A stretch of DNA of 64,000 bases, from contig AP039703.1 in NCBI GenBank assembly GCA_051599415.1, positions 186,001 through 250,000 of the forward strand. Reading direction: 5' to 3'. How positions within the stretch are numbered: position 1 is the stretch's first letter; each line of letters starts with the position of its first letter. Positions 1 through 12,169 of the stretch are shown here, piece after piece. A program made the translations under genes and the position numbers. Source of the DNA: Savitreella phatthalungensis. Lineage: Eukaryota. The notes below the pieces were generated by a model that made no database searches, was not told the DNA's origin, and worked only from the letters and a program-made list of their open reading frames with translations.

Positions 1-533
1 CCGCCATCATGAAATACCACGCCCTCAAAATGGACGAGATCAACAAACTGGTAGACGAGCTTTGGAAAGCCACCTACTGCGGCACAGACGTCGACACCAT
101 CCTCATCCGATCCGAAGGCGATACCCCACCGACCGCGGCAAACAGGTCGTACAACTACCGTGTGTGCATGGTGAAAGGTGACGCTGAGCTGGACATGCGT
201 GGTCGGTGCAGTGCAGGCCAGAAGGTGCTTGCATCGATCATCATCCGGCTAGCGCTCGCTGAGTGTTTTGGTGGAAGTTGTGGCATCCTAGCGCTCGATG
301 AACCCACAACCAACCTCGATCGCGATAACGTTCTCTCCCTAGCTCGCTCGTTATCCCACATCATCACCGCCAGGCGCCTTCAACCAAACTTCCAACTCGT
401 CGTCATCACCCACGACGAGGAATTCCTCAGAATGATGGGCTGCTCAGACTACACAGACTACTACTTCAGAGTCTCCAGAAACGAGTACCAGAAATCAATC
501 ATCGAGAGACAGCGCGTCTCTACAGTCCTTTAG
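1..533 (+). CDS. RAD50: DNA repair ATPase Rad50, C-terminal fragment (gene starts upstream of the window)
   Basis: ABC signature [19 protein letters not shown], Walker B/D-loop [11 protein letters not shown] and H-loop [17 protein letters not shown] is typical of eukaryotic Rad50. The Met at 9 is internal. Confidence 0.95.
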   Translation, partial: AIMKYHALKMDEINKLVDELWKATYCGTDVDTILIRSEGDTPPTAANRSYNYRVCMVKGDAELDMRGRCSAGQKVLASIIIRLALAECFGGSCGILALDEPTTNLDRDNVLSLARSLSHIITARRLQPNFQLVVITHDEEFLRMMGCSDYTDYYFRVSRNEYQKSIIERQRVSTVL

Positions 534-590
534 CCCCTCCTTATGTATAAACGAACTTAATGACATGATGCATGCTTATCATTACAAAGG

Positions 591-3500
591 CTAGGCGAAT
601 AGTTGGAGTACTTGGTGACGTCGCTTTGTGTTGTTGGTTGAGGTGGGTTGGTCGTCGTTGTCGTTGTTGGTTGGTTTTTTAGGTTTCTTGGAGGTGGTGG
701 ATCGGTGTCTGAGTCTTGCCTGATTGGCGTGGTAGTTGACTGCTGACGATGCCATTCTCGATGCTAGATGTTTAGCTCCTCGCTGAACGACCACCTCCCC
801 AACAGTGTTGGTCGCCAGCAGTTGTCGAGCTCGGCCGAGTTGCCCGTACAGCGAGTCTCGGGAGAAACTAGACTCACGTGATAACCCTAAAGAATCCTGC
901 GAACCAGCAGTCGACGAGGCACGACGAACCAGTGAAGGCACGGTCGGTATAGATCGATCGTCGATCGCCAGTGTCGATCGCCTTCGTAGAGGTGGTGGAG
1001 CGACGTCGAGGTCGTTGTCGTCAAGGGGGTCGTCGTCCTGGGAGTCAGGAATGATGGAGCGAGAGGAAGAGAGTTCGTCGTTGTCGTTGAGGAATGAGAG
1101 GGCTTTGCGGATCTGTTCGCGAGAGTCGAGCTTGTTGGGTTTGGAGGTTGCCGGGAGGCGAGGACGCTTGAATGAGGCGTCGATCGTGGTGGCCGTTCCG
1201 GAGGAGTCCTGATGGTGGAGCAGGGGAAGTGAGGATGGTACTTGGACGTCCTCGTCGTCCACCTGGGTGTCCTCTCGAGGTAGTGTTGGCTCGAGGTCAG
1301 GGAATTCGAGATTGAGGGTGTCATCATCCTGCTGCGTGTCTTCCATAGATGCTTCGGGCTGATTTGGCTGCTGCAGCTGCTGGTCGTCTTCGTCATCGTC
1401 AATGTCGATAAAGGCAATAGGTTTGTCTTGGACGTCGTCCATGGCTGCAACAAAGGCTGCTGTTCGCGGGTTGTCTGCCAGGAGTGTTAGGTTTTGTGAC
1501 TCGAGCATGCGGGCACGCATCTGCTGCTTGCGGATCGCGTATCGACGTCGCTCGTCTTCTTCGTCGTCCGAGTTGTCGTCGTCTAGGAGACCTGCTGCTG
1601 CGGCTGTGCCACGTCGCCGCCGGAGTCCTCCGGACTCGAGGTCTTTCAGTAGTTCGGCAACCAGCTTTTCGTCCTTGTCGAGCTCTGCGCGAGCGATGAG
1701 TGCGCGGACGCGCTCACGCGTCGCGTCGTCGTCTCCATCGACTTCGTCCGCCTCGTCAATCATCGCTCTCAGCTCGGCGAGCTGGGTCGCGTCAGCCCCA
1801 GCATCGTCCTCCGAGTCAGAAGCCCCACCGAGACCAGCATACTCGTCGTCAGATTCCACTGCGCGATCATCGACAAGGGCCTCCCTGGCACGAGCGATCT
1901 CAGCCGCATCTCGCTCGTCTCGCTCCTGTCGCCACTTGCGTGACTGAGGTTTTGGAGGTTCTAGCGCAGAGGCAGCGGTGATTGCCGCGGTTGCTGCCGT
2001 AGCCTTGCGCAGACGATTCAGGGGACGGGTCTCGAGATCATCTGCAGGAGGCTGTAGTTCTGGTGTTGGTGACCGAGCAGTCTCCTCGGATTCCTCGAGC
2101 ATGTTGTCAGGGTCGATTTGTGTGGCCTGGGTGTATTGCGTTGGCATTGGAGCGTAGGCTGAGAGGGGTAGACCTGGTGATAGGGGGTCAAATTGGGTAG
2201 CGACGCTATCGTCACGGACGCGAATGAGCGATTGCGGGGAGAGCAGTTGACCAAGTGGGACGTCGTTAGCGGTGCTTGCGTTGACCGAGGTGGCGGCAGG
2301 GAGGGTGGAAATACCTGCTTCCGGTGGCATCATCTGACGAAGATTCAGACTCCCGGAGCTGACGTGGCGAACCAACGGGATCGCATTCTCCTTGTCGCCC
2401 TCGCCATGCTCGTCGTCCTCGTCATCGTCATCCGCCAGGAGGAAACGCGCTCTAGGTCGCCTGCGTCGATTGCCTTGCAGAATGAGCTGCTCGGATTCAG
2501 CCTCGAGATCCCTGTCACGGGCAAGCTGTTTCTCCTCATCGTCGCTGAGCGCACGCTCTGATAGAATGGACGTGGTCCGGCCTAGTCTTGTGCGCTGTGG
2601 TACGGGTGATGCCTGGTCGGCACGTGTTGTGTTTTCGTCGTTCTCGTCATCTTCTTCGTCCTCTTCCTCGCCATCGTTGTCATTGTCTATCGGTGCATCG
2701 TTCATATCGTCATCATCGTTCTCCTCGCCACTCGCGATGTCTTCATCGTTGTCAGAGTCGTCCCCTCGCCAGGACTCGTCGTCAGCTTCGTCTCCGGAAG
2801 CTTGCTCGTCGTTGACGCCATCTTCGATAGCTTTGCGACGTCGATCTTCACGCTGCTCGAGCTTTCGGATTTCCTCGGCTTGGCGCCGAGCCCGCTCCAC
2901 CAGATCTTCCACTTGAAGTGCTTGCCTCTGCCTCTCTTCGGTCGAGAGGATTTCGACGCCGGCCGCTCGGAGTGCAGCTTCACGAGCAGCACGATCGGCT
3001 TGTGCTTGCTTAGCGACGGCTGCTTTCAGGGCGGCGTCACGGATTTTCCGGTCGCGGGCTTCGAGCTTGGTTGGGGAATCAGGTCGGGCGAGCGAGATGA
3101 ATTTAGCAGCCTTCCGGTCTTCCTTGACTTGGGCAAAGTCGCGCTTGGAGAAGAGCGCTGCGTGTCTTGCATGGACAGGGTCCGCAGGCATGCGTGGCGA
3201 CTCATTGTCGGAGTCAGAGTCCAGCAAGACCTCGTTACCACGGGCCAGAGGCGGAATGATGTGGTAGGCCTTCTTTTGTGGCGTTATTGCCTTCGGAGCG
3301 ACGATCGGCTGGCTGAGGACTTGCTCGACCGTGGGCAGCTCGATCTCGTCATCATCCTCGAGCTCTGGGGCAAAAGCGTGGGATGTGGCGACTTGTGCGG
3401 ATATCGGCGAAGCCGTCTTGACGACCGATTCTGGTACTGGTTCTGTTTGGGGTGGTTGGGGTTCGGTAGCTGATTCTGGTGCGGGCGGCTGCGGTGAAGG

Positions 3501-4412
3501 CTCTTTTGCAGTCTTGTAGCCGACGCGAGCGAAGAAGTCGGTGAAGGAGAGTTTCTTCTTGACGACGATTTCGGGAGCGAGGTTCATGCCACGGGCAAGC
3601 CTTTCTGTCTCCCTGTGCATCTGGTCTAGGGCCTTCTTCGAGGCTGCTCTGGCGGTTGTGCCTCTGCCGAGAGGACCTTTCTTGCCTGAGGACATGCGTA
3701 ATTCAGCCTCGATATCCTCGTCGTCCGTAGACTGGTCTGCATTTGCCGTGGCAACTGGGTTCTGTGGTCTTCGTGGCGTGATGATGGACGCCTCGGCTTC
3801 CTGTGCAGCTTGGGCGCGGCGAGCTTCGGCAGCGAGCTCTAGCAACCGCGTGCGGGTATCATCGGCTGACTCTCTCGGTCGCTGGGGCTTCGGCGGTGAC
3901 ACTGGTAGTGGAGGCCGTGCAAAGGAACGCTTCAACCGCGCATACGCTTCTCCGTCGTCTTCATCATCATCGTCAGAGCGATCGCTTGCAGTAGAGCCTC
4001 TATCACGATCAACAGCTGCCTCGTCAAAGTCGGGAAGCACGGATGTATGCTCTTGGACCTGCAGGGTTCGCACTTGAGCATGGACGTCTGCATGAGCATT
4101 GTAGGGTTGCAGGGAATGCTGACGTTCATCCTCCTCCTCTTCTTCTTCTTCGTTGCCGTCGAATGCTGCAAGGAGTTTCTTGACGCGTGATCTCGGGGTC
4201 AGCGATAGATCTGGGTCTGTGGTGAGGGATGTGGGTGGTGTCAGCTCATCCTCGTCATCGAAATGAGCGGAGGAGTGGTTGTAGATGGGAGCTACATGCT
4301 CAGGCGTTGTGGAGAATGCAGCATGCGATAGATGATGATCTGTAGAGGGGGCTGCTGGGGCAGGCGGTGTCACTTCACGGTGCCTAGCTGCCCCGTACGT
4401 CCGCTTGATCAT
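591..4412 (-). CDS. MRC1: Replication checkpoint mediator Mrc1/Claspin
   Basis: 1273-aa acidic, low-complexity ORF with ASKKALDQMHRETERLAR, the MRC1-domain segment LVDDRAVESDDEYAGLGG, GGLRRRR and a TQ/SQ cluster (ATQFD...PTQYTQATQ). Confidence 0.85.
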   Translation of the reverse strand: MIKRTYGAARHREVTPPAPAAPSTDHHLSHAAFSTTPEHVAPIYNHSSAHFDDEDELTPPTSLTTDPDLSLTPRSRVKKLLAAFDGNEEEEEEEDERQHSLQPYNAHADVHAQVRTLQVQEHTSVLPDFDEAAVDRDRGSTASDRSDDDDEDDGEAYARLKRSFARPPLPVSPPKPQRPRESADDTRTRLLELAAEARRAQAAQEAEASIITPRRPQNPVATANADQSTDDEDIEAELRMSSGKKGPLGRGTTARAASKKALDQMHRETERLARGMNLAPEIVVKKKLSFTDFFARVGYKTAKEPSPQPPAPESATEPQPPQTEPVPESVVKTASPISAQVATSHAFAPELEDDDEIELPTVEQVLSQPIVAPKAITPQKKAYHIIPPLARGNEVLLDSDSDNESPRMPADPVHARHAALFSKRDFAQVKEDRKAAKFISLARPDSPTKLEARDRKIRDAALKAAVAKQAQADRAAREAALRAAGVEILSTEERQRQALQVEDLVERARRQAEEIRKLEQREDRRRKAIEDGVNDEQASGDEADDESWRGDDSDNDEDIASGEENDDDDMNDAPIDNDNDGEEEDEEDDENDENTTRADQASPVPQRTRLGRTTSILSERALSDDEEKQLARDRDLEAESEQLILQGNRRRRPRARFLLADDDDEDDEHGEGDKENAIPLVRHVSSGSLNLRQMMPPEAGISTLPAATSVNASTANDVPLGQLLSPQSLIRVRDDSVATQFDPLSPGLPLSAYAPMPTQYTQATQIDPDNMLEESEETARSPTPELQPPADDLETRPLNRLRKATAATAAITAASALEPPKPQSRKWRQERDERDAAEIARAREALVDDRAVESDDEYAGLGGASDSEDDAGADATQLAELRAMIDEADEVDGDDDATRERVRALIARAELDKDEKLVAELLKDLESGGLRRRRGTAAAAGLLDDDNSDDEEDERRRYAIRKQQMRARMLESQNLTLLADNPRTAAFVAAMDDVQDKPIAFIDIDDDEDDQQLQQPNQPEASMEDTQQDDDTLNLEFPDLEPTLPREDTQVDDEDVQVPSSLPLLHHQDSSGTATTIDASFKRPRLPATSKPNKLDSREQIRKALSFLNDNDELSSSRSIIPDSQDDDPLDDNDLDVAPPPLRRRSTLAIDDRSIPTVPSLVRRASSTAGSQDSLGLSRESSFSRDSLYGQLGRARQLLATNTVGEVVVQRGAKHLASRMASSAVNYHANQARLRHRSTTSKKPKKPTNNDNDDQPTSTNNTKRRHQVLQLFA

Positions 4413-4673
4413 GAGAGATGAGACAGATCAAGGGAAATCGGGGAATGGGTGGGAGAGATGGAGGAGAAGGCTCTCCGTTGCTTATGGATCCCACTTTTCG
4501 GGGGTTGGGGAGCGCAGGGATTAGGGAAACGCTGTAAGAGTAAGGCGAGCAGATCTGTGAGCGTGTACGTGAGATGATGGATCTAGTAGCTTCGCTGAGC
4601 CTTAGTAGTCTTGTGAGAAGAGGGTGATGAGGATGATGATGATGTGTTACGGGAGAAGAAGGCTGGTTTAAAG

Positions 4674-4698
4674 ACGCGTTTGAATGTTGAAGCGCGTC
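4674..4698. promoter_or_regulatory. MCB-like (MBF) cell-cycle elements in the divergent MRC1/KRR1 promoter
   Basis: ACGCGT at 4674-4679 and GCGCGTC at 4692-4698, about 260-290 bp upstream of the MRC1 ATG; mrc1 is an MBF target in yeasts. Confidence 0.55.
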
Positions 4699-4749
4699 AA
4701 TTTCGAGTGAATATAATAATATTGTTAGGGTGGTTGTTTCTAGACTTGA

Positions 4750-5910
<1,161 letters not shown>

Positions 5911-6132
5911 CTTCGTTTCTATATCCAATATCTTTCTCAGATTAGCTGTGTAAGGCTCCATGTAAATGCACTGTAGACATCATGACTTTCAGCTACGAAC
6001 GTACGTACTTTTGGAAAAGCGAGTGAAGTAAGGGTATACGATTGTGTTTGATGGTGGGTGTGGGTTGAAAGCCTAGGAAGTTTTTCTTGGGTGATGTCAT
6101 GGGGACAGAGTAAGTGCTTGATGTAGTTTGTA

Positions 6133-7629
6133 TCAAGCTTGAGAAGTGGGATCGACACCTTCGTCCAGGGTGAGGGTACGTTCGTCTCGCTTGAGGATGT
6201 CCATGACGGGTCCCAGGAGTCTGACGAAAGCGCGCTTGCCTAGGGTCGCGAGTTTGAGTTTGGAGGCTGCGACAATGGTCGCGTTTCTTGGAGCGTCGTT
6301 GATCAGTGCTGATTCTCCAAAGTAGTCTCCACTGGTAAGACGAGCAATGACGCCTTCGCCGACCTTGGATACTTCCGCTTCACCGCTCTCGATGATGAAG
6401 AATTGCTCACCCACGTCACCTTGCCGGATCACAGTCGCACCTTTCTCGTACACGCACGTGTCGAGCGAGTCTGCGACCTTCTGACGCTCTGCAGGTGAAA
6501 GACCTCGGAGGATTGGAACGGTCTCGAGCAGGGACTCGTACATTCGACGCTTTCGGGACGTGTTCTCCATCAGGATTCGACGGAAGGTGATTCGGTCGAG
6601 CGCCCACAGGACGGCGTTTGGCGTGCTTGAGATGACGGTTGCCGCACGAGGGGCATTGTACATGAGTGCCAATTCACCGAACGATCCGCCTTCTTGCGCC
6701 TCTGCCACTTTCTTACCGTATCCGCGTCCAGAGTCGTCCTGGTCGCTGGCGTTGCCGGTATCGATGAAGATGTCGAATCGACCAGACTCGACCACGTAGA
6801 AAAAGTCGCCGACGTCGCCTTGCTTGATGATGACAGAGCCTGCAGACGTCAATCGCTTTTCCGACATGGCGTTCAAGACGTCCTTGAGCTGTTCCTCGTC
6901 AAGATTTTTGAAGAGCAGGTTGCGTGAGATGGCACGGTCGATTCGAGCCATCTGGTCTGCCGACTTGGCCACCACCACGCGCTGGTACGTGTTGTCCTCA
7001 GACGGGAGCATCGACTCTGCGGAGACAGACGTGCGACGGTTGGCGTTGTACGTGGCAGGATACTGCTCTGGCGACTGCTGGCGAGGCGGGAGATTTGTCA
7101 CTGGTGCGGCTTCGCCACGGGCAATGTTGTGGAAGTGGGAGGTTGCATCGTCCGTCTCCGGGAAGGAGTATCCGCCGGCTGTTGCAATTGGGGCTGTGTG
7201 TGTGGCCGTTGATGCTAGTGCTGCCGATGACGGTGCTCCTGGATCCTCATCGTCAGGTCCTGGTGATGGCAGGTGCGTGCGAGCTGTCTGTGACGAGGTG
7301 TTGCCAAAGCCGCCGCTTCCGCTGCCGAAGCCTGCGCCTGTGAATAGTCCAGCATCGGCTCCTGCGCCTGCTGCTGCTGCACCACCTGGGAACGAGGACT
7401 TTGAGGAAGCTGTCTCCATATTGATGTCACGTGGGATGGCAGGAGAGGTTCCGGCGGAGGCTAGGCTTCCTGCGTGAGAGGTCGCGGGTGTTTGCCTGCG
7501 GCTCGATTGACGCTCTTCGTCGAGTTTCCTAAGGAAGAAGGCTGCGCAGAATTGGAGAACGTCGTCAGGCTGACGCTGTGAGACTTCCTTGTTGAGCTCG
7601 TTGAGAAGATCAGTGTAGCTCTTACTCAT
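6133..7629 (-). CDS. BCY1: cAMP-dependent protein kinase regulatory subunit
   Basis: N-terminal D/D domain (QPDDVLQFCAAFF), inhibitor site RRTSVSAES, two cNMP-binding domains (FGELALMYNAPRAAT; FGESALINDAPRNAT). Confidence 0.96.
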   Translation of the reverse strand: MSKSYTDLLNELNKEVSQRQPDDVLQFCAAFFLRKLDEERQSSRRQTPATSHAGSLASAGTSPAIPRDINMETASSKSSFPGGAAAAGAGADAGLFTGAGFGSGSGGFGNTSSQTARTHLPSPGPDDEDPGAPSSAALASTATHTAPIATAGGYSFPETDDATSHFHNIARGEAAPVTNLPPRQQSPEQYPATYNANRRTSVSAESMLPSEDNTYQRVVVAKSADQMARIDRAISRNLLFKNLDEEQLKDVLNAMSEKRLTSAGSVIIKQGDVGDFFYVVESGRFDIFIDTGNASDQDDSGRGYGKKVAEAQEGGSFGELALMYNAPRAATVISSTPNAVLWALDRITFRRILMENTSRKRRMYESLLETVPILRGLSPAERQKVADSLDTCVYEKGATVIRQGDVGEQFFIIESGEAEVSKVGEGVIARLTSGDYFGESALINDAPRNATIVAASKLKLATLGKRAFVRLLGPVMDILKRDERTLTLDEGVDPTSQA

Positions 7630-8118
7630 GATGCTGCCGAGGGAGAGAGAAGTAGCTGTGGATATGAGATGTTCGTCAGATGATCGTCGCTCGCGCCGCT
7701 CTCGGTGTATGTAGTTTGTCTATCAAGCGCGAGCTGCGACTTAAGGGGTTCGGCAGATGTGATGAGACGCTCACACAGGAATGATCGATGCAGACGCGGA
7801 AGCTGACGTCGATTGCTGATGTGGCAGAAGCGTCACGAAGCAACAACTGTAGATGCTGCCTATTGAGAAGGACAGCGTATCAGAAGCGAGCGCTGAAAGA
7901 GGTCAGCTTGATAGCTGTTCTAAATGTTGGGGCCGTGGATGACAACACACGCTTCAAGGTCTTTTGGCACTCGTCTCTGTCTTCTGGTCTGTGTCACAGC
8001 GACAATCGACCGGTCAGTCAATCAGGTATTGTGGAGATAGTGATTGAGGGTGTGAGTGAGTGCGCGGGTTTGGTGGTTGGTTTGGATGATAACTTCGTCA
8101 CGCCGTCAGACACTCAGA

Positions 8119-8165
8119 CAGTCAGTCAGTCAGTCAGTCAGTCAGTCAGTCAGTCAGTCAGTCAG
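8119..8165. repeat. (CAGT)n microsatellite, ~11-12 units
   Basis: Perfect tetranucleotide run read directly. Confidence 0.95.
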
Positions 8166-8595
8166 GCAATGTGTCACCCAAGCAGTCGATAGGATTCCGT
8201 CGATCGAAGTGGGTATGTGGTCAGTCACGGTGGAGTGGGTGATTGGAAGGTATGAAGCAGGAGCAGGAGTAGGAGCCGGAGAAGGAGCAGTAGCAGAATG
8301 GTGGAGCTAGCGAGGGTAGTGATTGTAGGTGTGAATGTGAGTATTGGACGTGGGTGTGGTTTCTGAGTGTGGATGTGGATGTGGTTGTAGACTTGGATGA
8401 GGATATTGATGAATTGAGCGGTTGGAAATTGAGCAGAGGAATTGACCGATGATTGATTAGAAGATCGGCAGAATCTTTTTTGTCAATCGTTGACAGGCTA
8501 GAATTTGGTAGATGCCCGGGGTTGACGTATTTAGAAGAACTTTGGAAGGAAGAAGATCGTTTCTGAGAATCAAGTAGCTGACGTCGGGTCTACTA

Positions 8596-8628
8596 CTGAA
8601 GCTGAAGCTGAAGCTGAAGCTGAAGCTG
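8596..8628. repeat. (CTGAAG)n microsatellite, ~5.5 units
   Basis: Read directly. Confidence 0.9.
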
Positions 8629-8834
8629 GCTAGTAGAGCGAACAAGCGATCCTGCTGAGTGAGTAGGTGAGAGAAGTGAGCAGAGTCAGTGTCAAGCTGG
8701 AAATCTACTTCACTAGCAGGAAGTTTGATCCGATATTAGCTGACAGAGAGAAATGATGAGGTGAGGATAATTTGCTTGACCCACCCTGCGGCACGGATTC
8801 CACCTTGACCCTTCGTAGCACCGCGAATATGGAC

Positions 8835-8866
8835 GAGGATGAGGATGAGGATGAGGATGAGGATGA
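8835..8866. repeat. (GAGGAT)n microsatellite, ~5 units
   Basis: Read directly. Confidence 0.9.
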
Positions 8867-9392
8867 CAGTTTGGAGGTGGATTTGATTAGTGAGTAATGT
8901 AGAAGGAATTCTGATTGGAATCAGATAGGATTCGAGATCCTGGAAGTAACTTTCTACTGGCGGGGGAATTCATTGAGCCAGCCACGTCCGCCGCATATGG
9001 AAGCCTGTCGTCTAAGCACAGCAATGCGGCAGACAGGAGTCCTTTAAGTGAGTGAATGGTAATAGAATTTCGAATTGACCTGACTCAGATTGCAACTATA
9101 GAACTATAACTAGTCACTTCCTCTCAGTATAGTAGAGGATCAAGTGAATTAACAATATACTATATATGGATCAATTGGATGCACAGACTGTCTCGCATCA
9201 CGTGTGTTTACACAGAAATATAGCTCCGTCGACCTATAGCTATAAATTTATATGCAGGATGGCGTCACAGGATTCGAGTCATTATAGCATGCATTGACTA
9301 CCACCACTTCTCATATCTCCTCGTATAATCAATCCCCTGGACGCTCTCCCTCATGATCTATCTTCTCATTCTCTCTTACCTCTGCTCTGCCA

Positions 9393-10775
9393 TTAGTTGG
9401 GTCGAGTAGTCGTGAGGTCTGGCGCAGTATGAGATTCTCTGACACCCGGTCTACCACCTCCACCTCCGTATCTCGTACTTCCGCCACCCGATCCATCGGT
9501 TGTGATCCCGTCCGATCTAGAAGGCGAAGGCGATGCAGAAGCAGAGGCAGATGCCCCTGCCGTGGCTGATGTGATCCCTAGAGATTTGAGATGGAGCTTG
9601 TTTGATTTCGGTGTGTCCCTCGCTGGTGGACTTGAGAGTGCTGGCTTGATCGGTGGTCTACGTGAGATTGCTTGTGGTGTGGCTGAGGAGGGATCCACTT
9701 TTCTGAAGCCCTGGGTGGATTTGGCCCACTTGGCTACGTCGACGCGCTGCTTCTTGGCTGCCGACACAAATTCAGAGTTCAGGAGTTCGCGCAGGGAAGC
9801 TCTCTCGCTCGGGTCCTTCTTCAGACATGCAGCCACCATCCCAACAAGCTCTGCAGGAAAGGTGGCCGGGGAAAGCGTCGGCGCAGGCTCTCTCACGATC
9901 AGCTGAAGCAGGTCCAGCACACCCATCGCTCGGTCACCAAAAGGAAATTGGCCAGTCGCCAGCTCCACAAGCATCAACCCGAGAGACCAGACATCACCCT
10001 TGACTGAATAGGCAGCTCCCTGGATCCGTTCTGGCGACATGTAGGTCGATGTGCCGACAAATGTGTTGGCGAGCGAGTTGATCAGTTCGCCAGAGACACC
10101 AAAATCACACAGCTTGATCTTGCCTGCAGAGTTGACGAGGACGTTGGAAGGTTTGACATCACGATGGATGATGCGGTGGACGTCGTACAGGTACGTCAGC
10201 CCTTCAACCACGCTATAACTCACCTTGCCCACAATCTCGATCGGTAGCTTTCCCTTTCTGGTGACAATGCCATCCAGAGAAAGACAGTCCATATGCTCCA
10301 TGCACACGTGAACATCGTTCTCGATCATGAATGCGCCGTGGAAGCCGATGATGAAGGGACTGTTGCAGTCCTGCATGATTTGAAGCTCTCTCAGAATCCG
10401 TTTCCGAGCTTCTGATTTCGCCTCAATCTTGATCACTTTCCGGGCCATGATAGTCCGAGTTGGAATATGCATCACTTTACTCACAGTTCCGCCGTTGCCG
10501 AATCCGAGCTCACTGATCACCTTGAGGTCTTCTGCTCGAATGTTGACCTTGAACTCAATTCCGATTTCGAGATTGTTGAAGCGCGTGGATAGGTTAGCAT
10601 CCTGCCGAGCGTCTGAAACGGCATCGATTGCGTACGAGCCATTCGAGGCGATTGAAGCAGTCGCTGTGCCATCGAGTGTTGTCGGCGTGCTGGTTGAGGA
10701 TGGCACTGTCGACTTGCCAGGCAGCGACAAGCCCTTCAGGTTCTTGCGCTTCATGGTGGTCGGTGTGGCAAGCAT
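9393..10775 (-). CDS. STE7: Pheromone-pathway MAP kinase kinase (Ste7/Byr1 type)
   Basis: N-terminal MAPK docking site KRKNLKGLSL, GFGNGGTV, HRDVKPSN, DFGVSGELINSLANTFVGTSTYMSPERIQG. Confidence 0.9.
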   Translation of the reverse strand: MLATPTTMKRKNLKGLSLPGKSTVPSSTSTPTTLDGTATASIASNGSYAIDAVSDARQDANLSTRFNNLEIGIEFKVNIRAEDLKVISELGFGNGGTVSKVMHIPTRTIMARKVIKIEAKSEARKRILRELQIMQDCNSPFIIGFHGAFMIENDVHVCMEHMDCLSLDGIVTRKGKLPIEIVGKVSYSVVEGLTYLYDVHRIIHRDVKPSNVLVNSAGKIKLCDFGVSGELINSLANTFVGTSTYMSPERIQGAAYSVKGDVWSLGLMLVELATGQFPFGDRAMGVLDLLQLIVREPAPTLSPATFPAELVGMVAACLKKDPSERASLRELLNSEFVSAAKKQRVDVAKWAKSTQGFRKVDPSSATPQAISRRPPIKPALSSPPARDTPKSNKLHLKSLGITSATAGASASASASPSPSRSDGITTDGSGGGSTRYGGGGGRPGVRESHTAPDLTTTRPN

Positions 10776-11392
10776 GATTAAAATAGACTAGATTTCGACA
10801 CCCAGAGTATTGACTCAGAGAAGAGATGCAAAGTGAGCTGGAAAAAAGGACTGTGCACTCACAGGAGGGTGGAGAATTGGCGCACAGATGCGCCGGTTGC
10901 TGGAAATTGCGCGCGGCTATTCATGCAAGTGTTGTGGACTTGTGTACTGACCTGCTCACCAGTCAGATCAAAAGCTGTACAACGAGGCGATTCTCCCGTC
11001 AGAAGATTAGGGTATGGACGTGTTGAAGATTTGCCGCTGCTGGAATGCTATTGTTTGGCTGTCACGAGGGAAGGAAGGTAGAGGAGGGTCGATTGAGAAG
11101 TGGTGAGCAATCGAGATGTCTAGTTCGAGTTGACTGTGGTAGGTGTTGGAAGTCAAGTGTTGATGATGTTGGATGGCTTGGTGGCTTGGCAAGGTTAGGC
11201 AGGGCTAGGCCAGACTGACTGACTGGATTGCTGTAATGTTGGTTGCCCGTGCTGAGACGTTTGTTTCAGATAGATGGATGTTGCAGCAGCAGCAGCAGCA
11301 CGTACGCGGATGTGAGTGTGAAGGTGAATATGGATGTTGATATGAATGTTGATGTGTGTATGTATACATGGGTATATGTGTTGATGTGCATG

Positions 11393-11421
11393 TGCATCTG
11401 CATCTGCATCTGCATCTGCAT
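11393..11421. repeat. (TGCATC)n microsatellite
   Basis: Read directly; lies in the MAPKK/SPT6 divergent intergenic region. Confidence 0.85.
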
Positions 11422-11863
11422 GTGCAGGTAGGTGGACGTGCTTAATTCTGTATGTGTGGATACCGATCGAGTACCACGCACATGCATCTATTTAATTGAG
11501 TATACAGCGTAGTGCCTAGTGTTCCTTCTAGGCATGCAGTGTATAGAGTACAGACTGGAGGTGGGGTGGTCACACGTGTTTGGAGACCCCTTCTGAATCA
11601 ATAGTATACACAGCATAAATGTCCAATTGACCATATATATGCATAGAACTGACGGTTTCAATTTCTGCAGCACTTCCGAGTGAGAACATCCACAGAAGAG
11701 AGATATTTTGGATTCATCAGTTTCATCAAGATGCACGAATTTCATGATGAACATACTCTCCTCTCTGAGATTTACCGTCTTAACACGTGATCCACGCAGA
11801 CACACAGAAACCAGACACAAATATATCTCAACCTGCCTTCACGCGCGCACACAGGCAGGCAAG

Positions 11864-11900
11864 CAAGCAGGCAAGCAAGCAGGCAAGCAAGCAAGCAGGC
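11864..11900. repeat. (GCAA/GCAG)n compound microsatellite upstream of SPT6
   Basis: Read directly. Confidence 0.85.
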
Positions 11901-12169
11901 AAACAACTTGATTCTCGGGGTCAGCAACCAAATCGACGCGGTCTGCCTCATCATCAGCGACCTCTGATTTCCCCTTGTCAGTCATCACCCTCTTGTCTTC
12001 TCAAAAGCCAATACTTCACCTGCATCATCAACCCAGGCTATCACTCCCACTGTGGTGCATACACTACAGCTGACTCCTTCACTGGACAACCAGTCATTAC
12101 CCTTCCCTACCTTCCCACTCCATTTTCTAATCTCTGCTACTCCGGACTTGAAGAGAGCTCAAATTCATC

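Noticed and set aside
882..890. TAACCCTAA as a telomerase RNA template
   Set aside because: Lies inside the MRC1 coding sequence; chance match.
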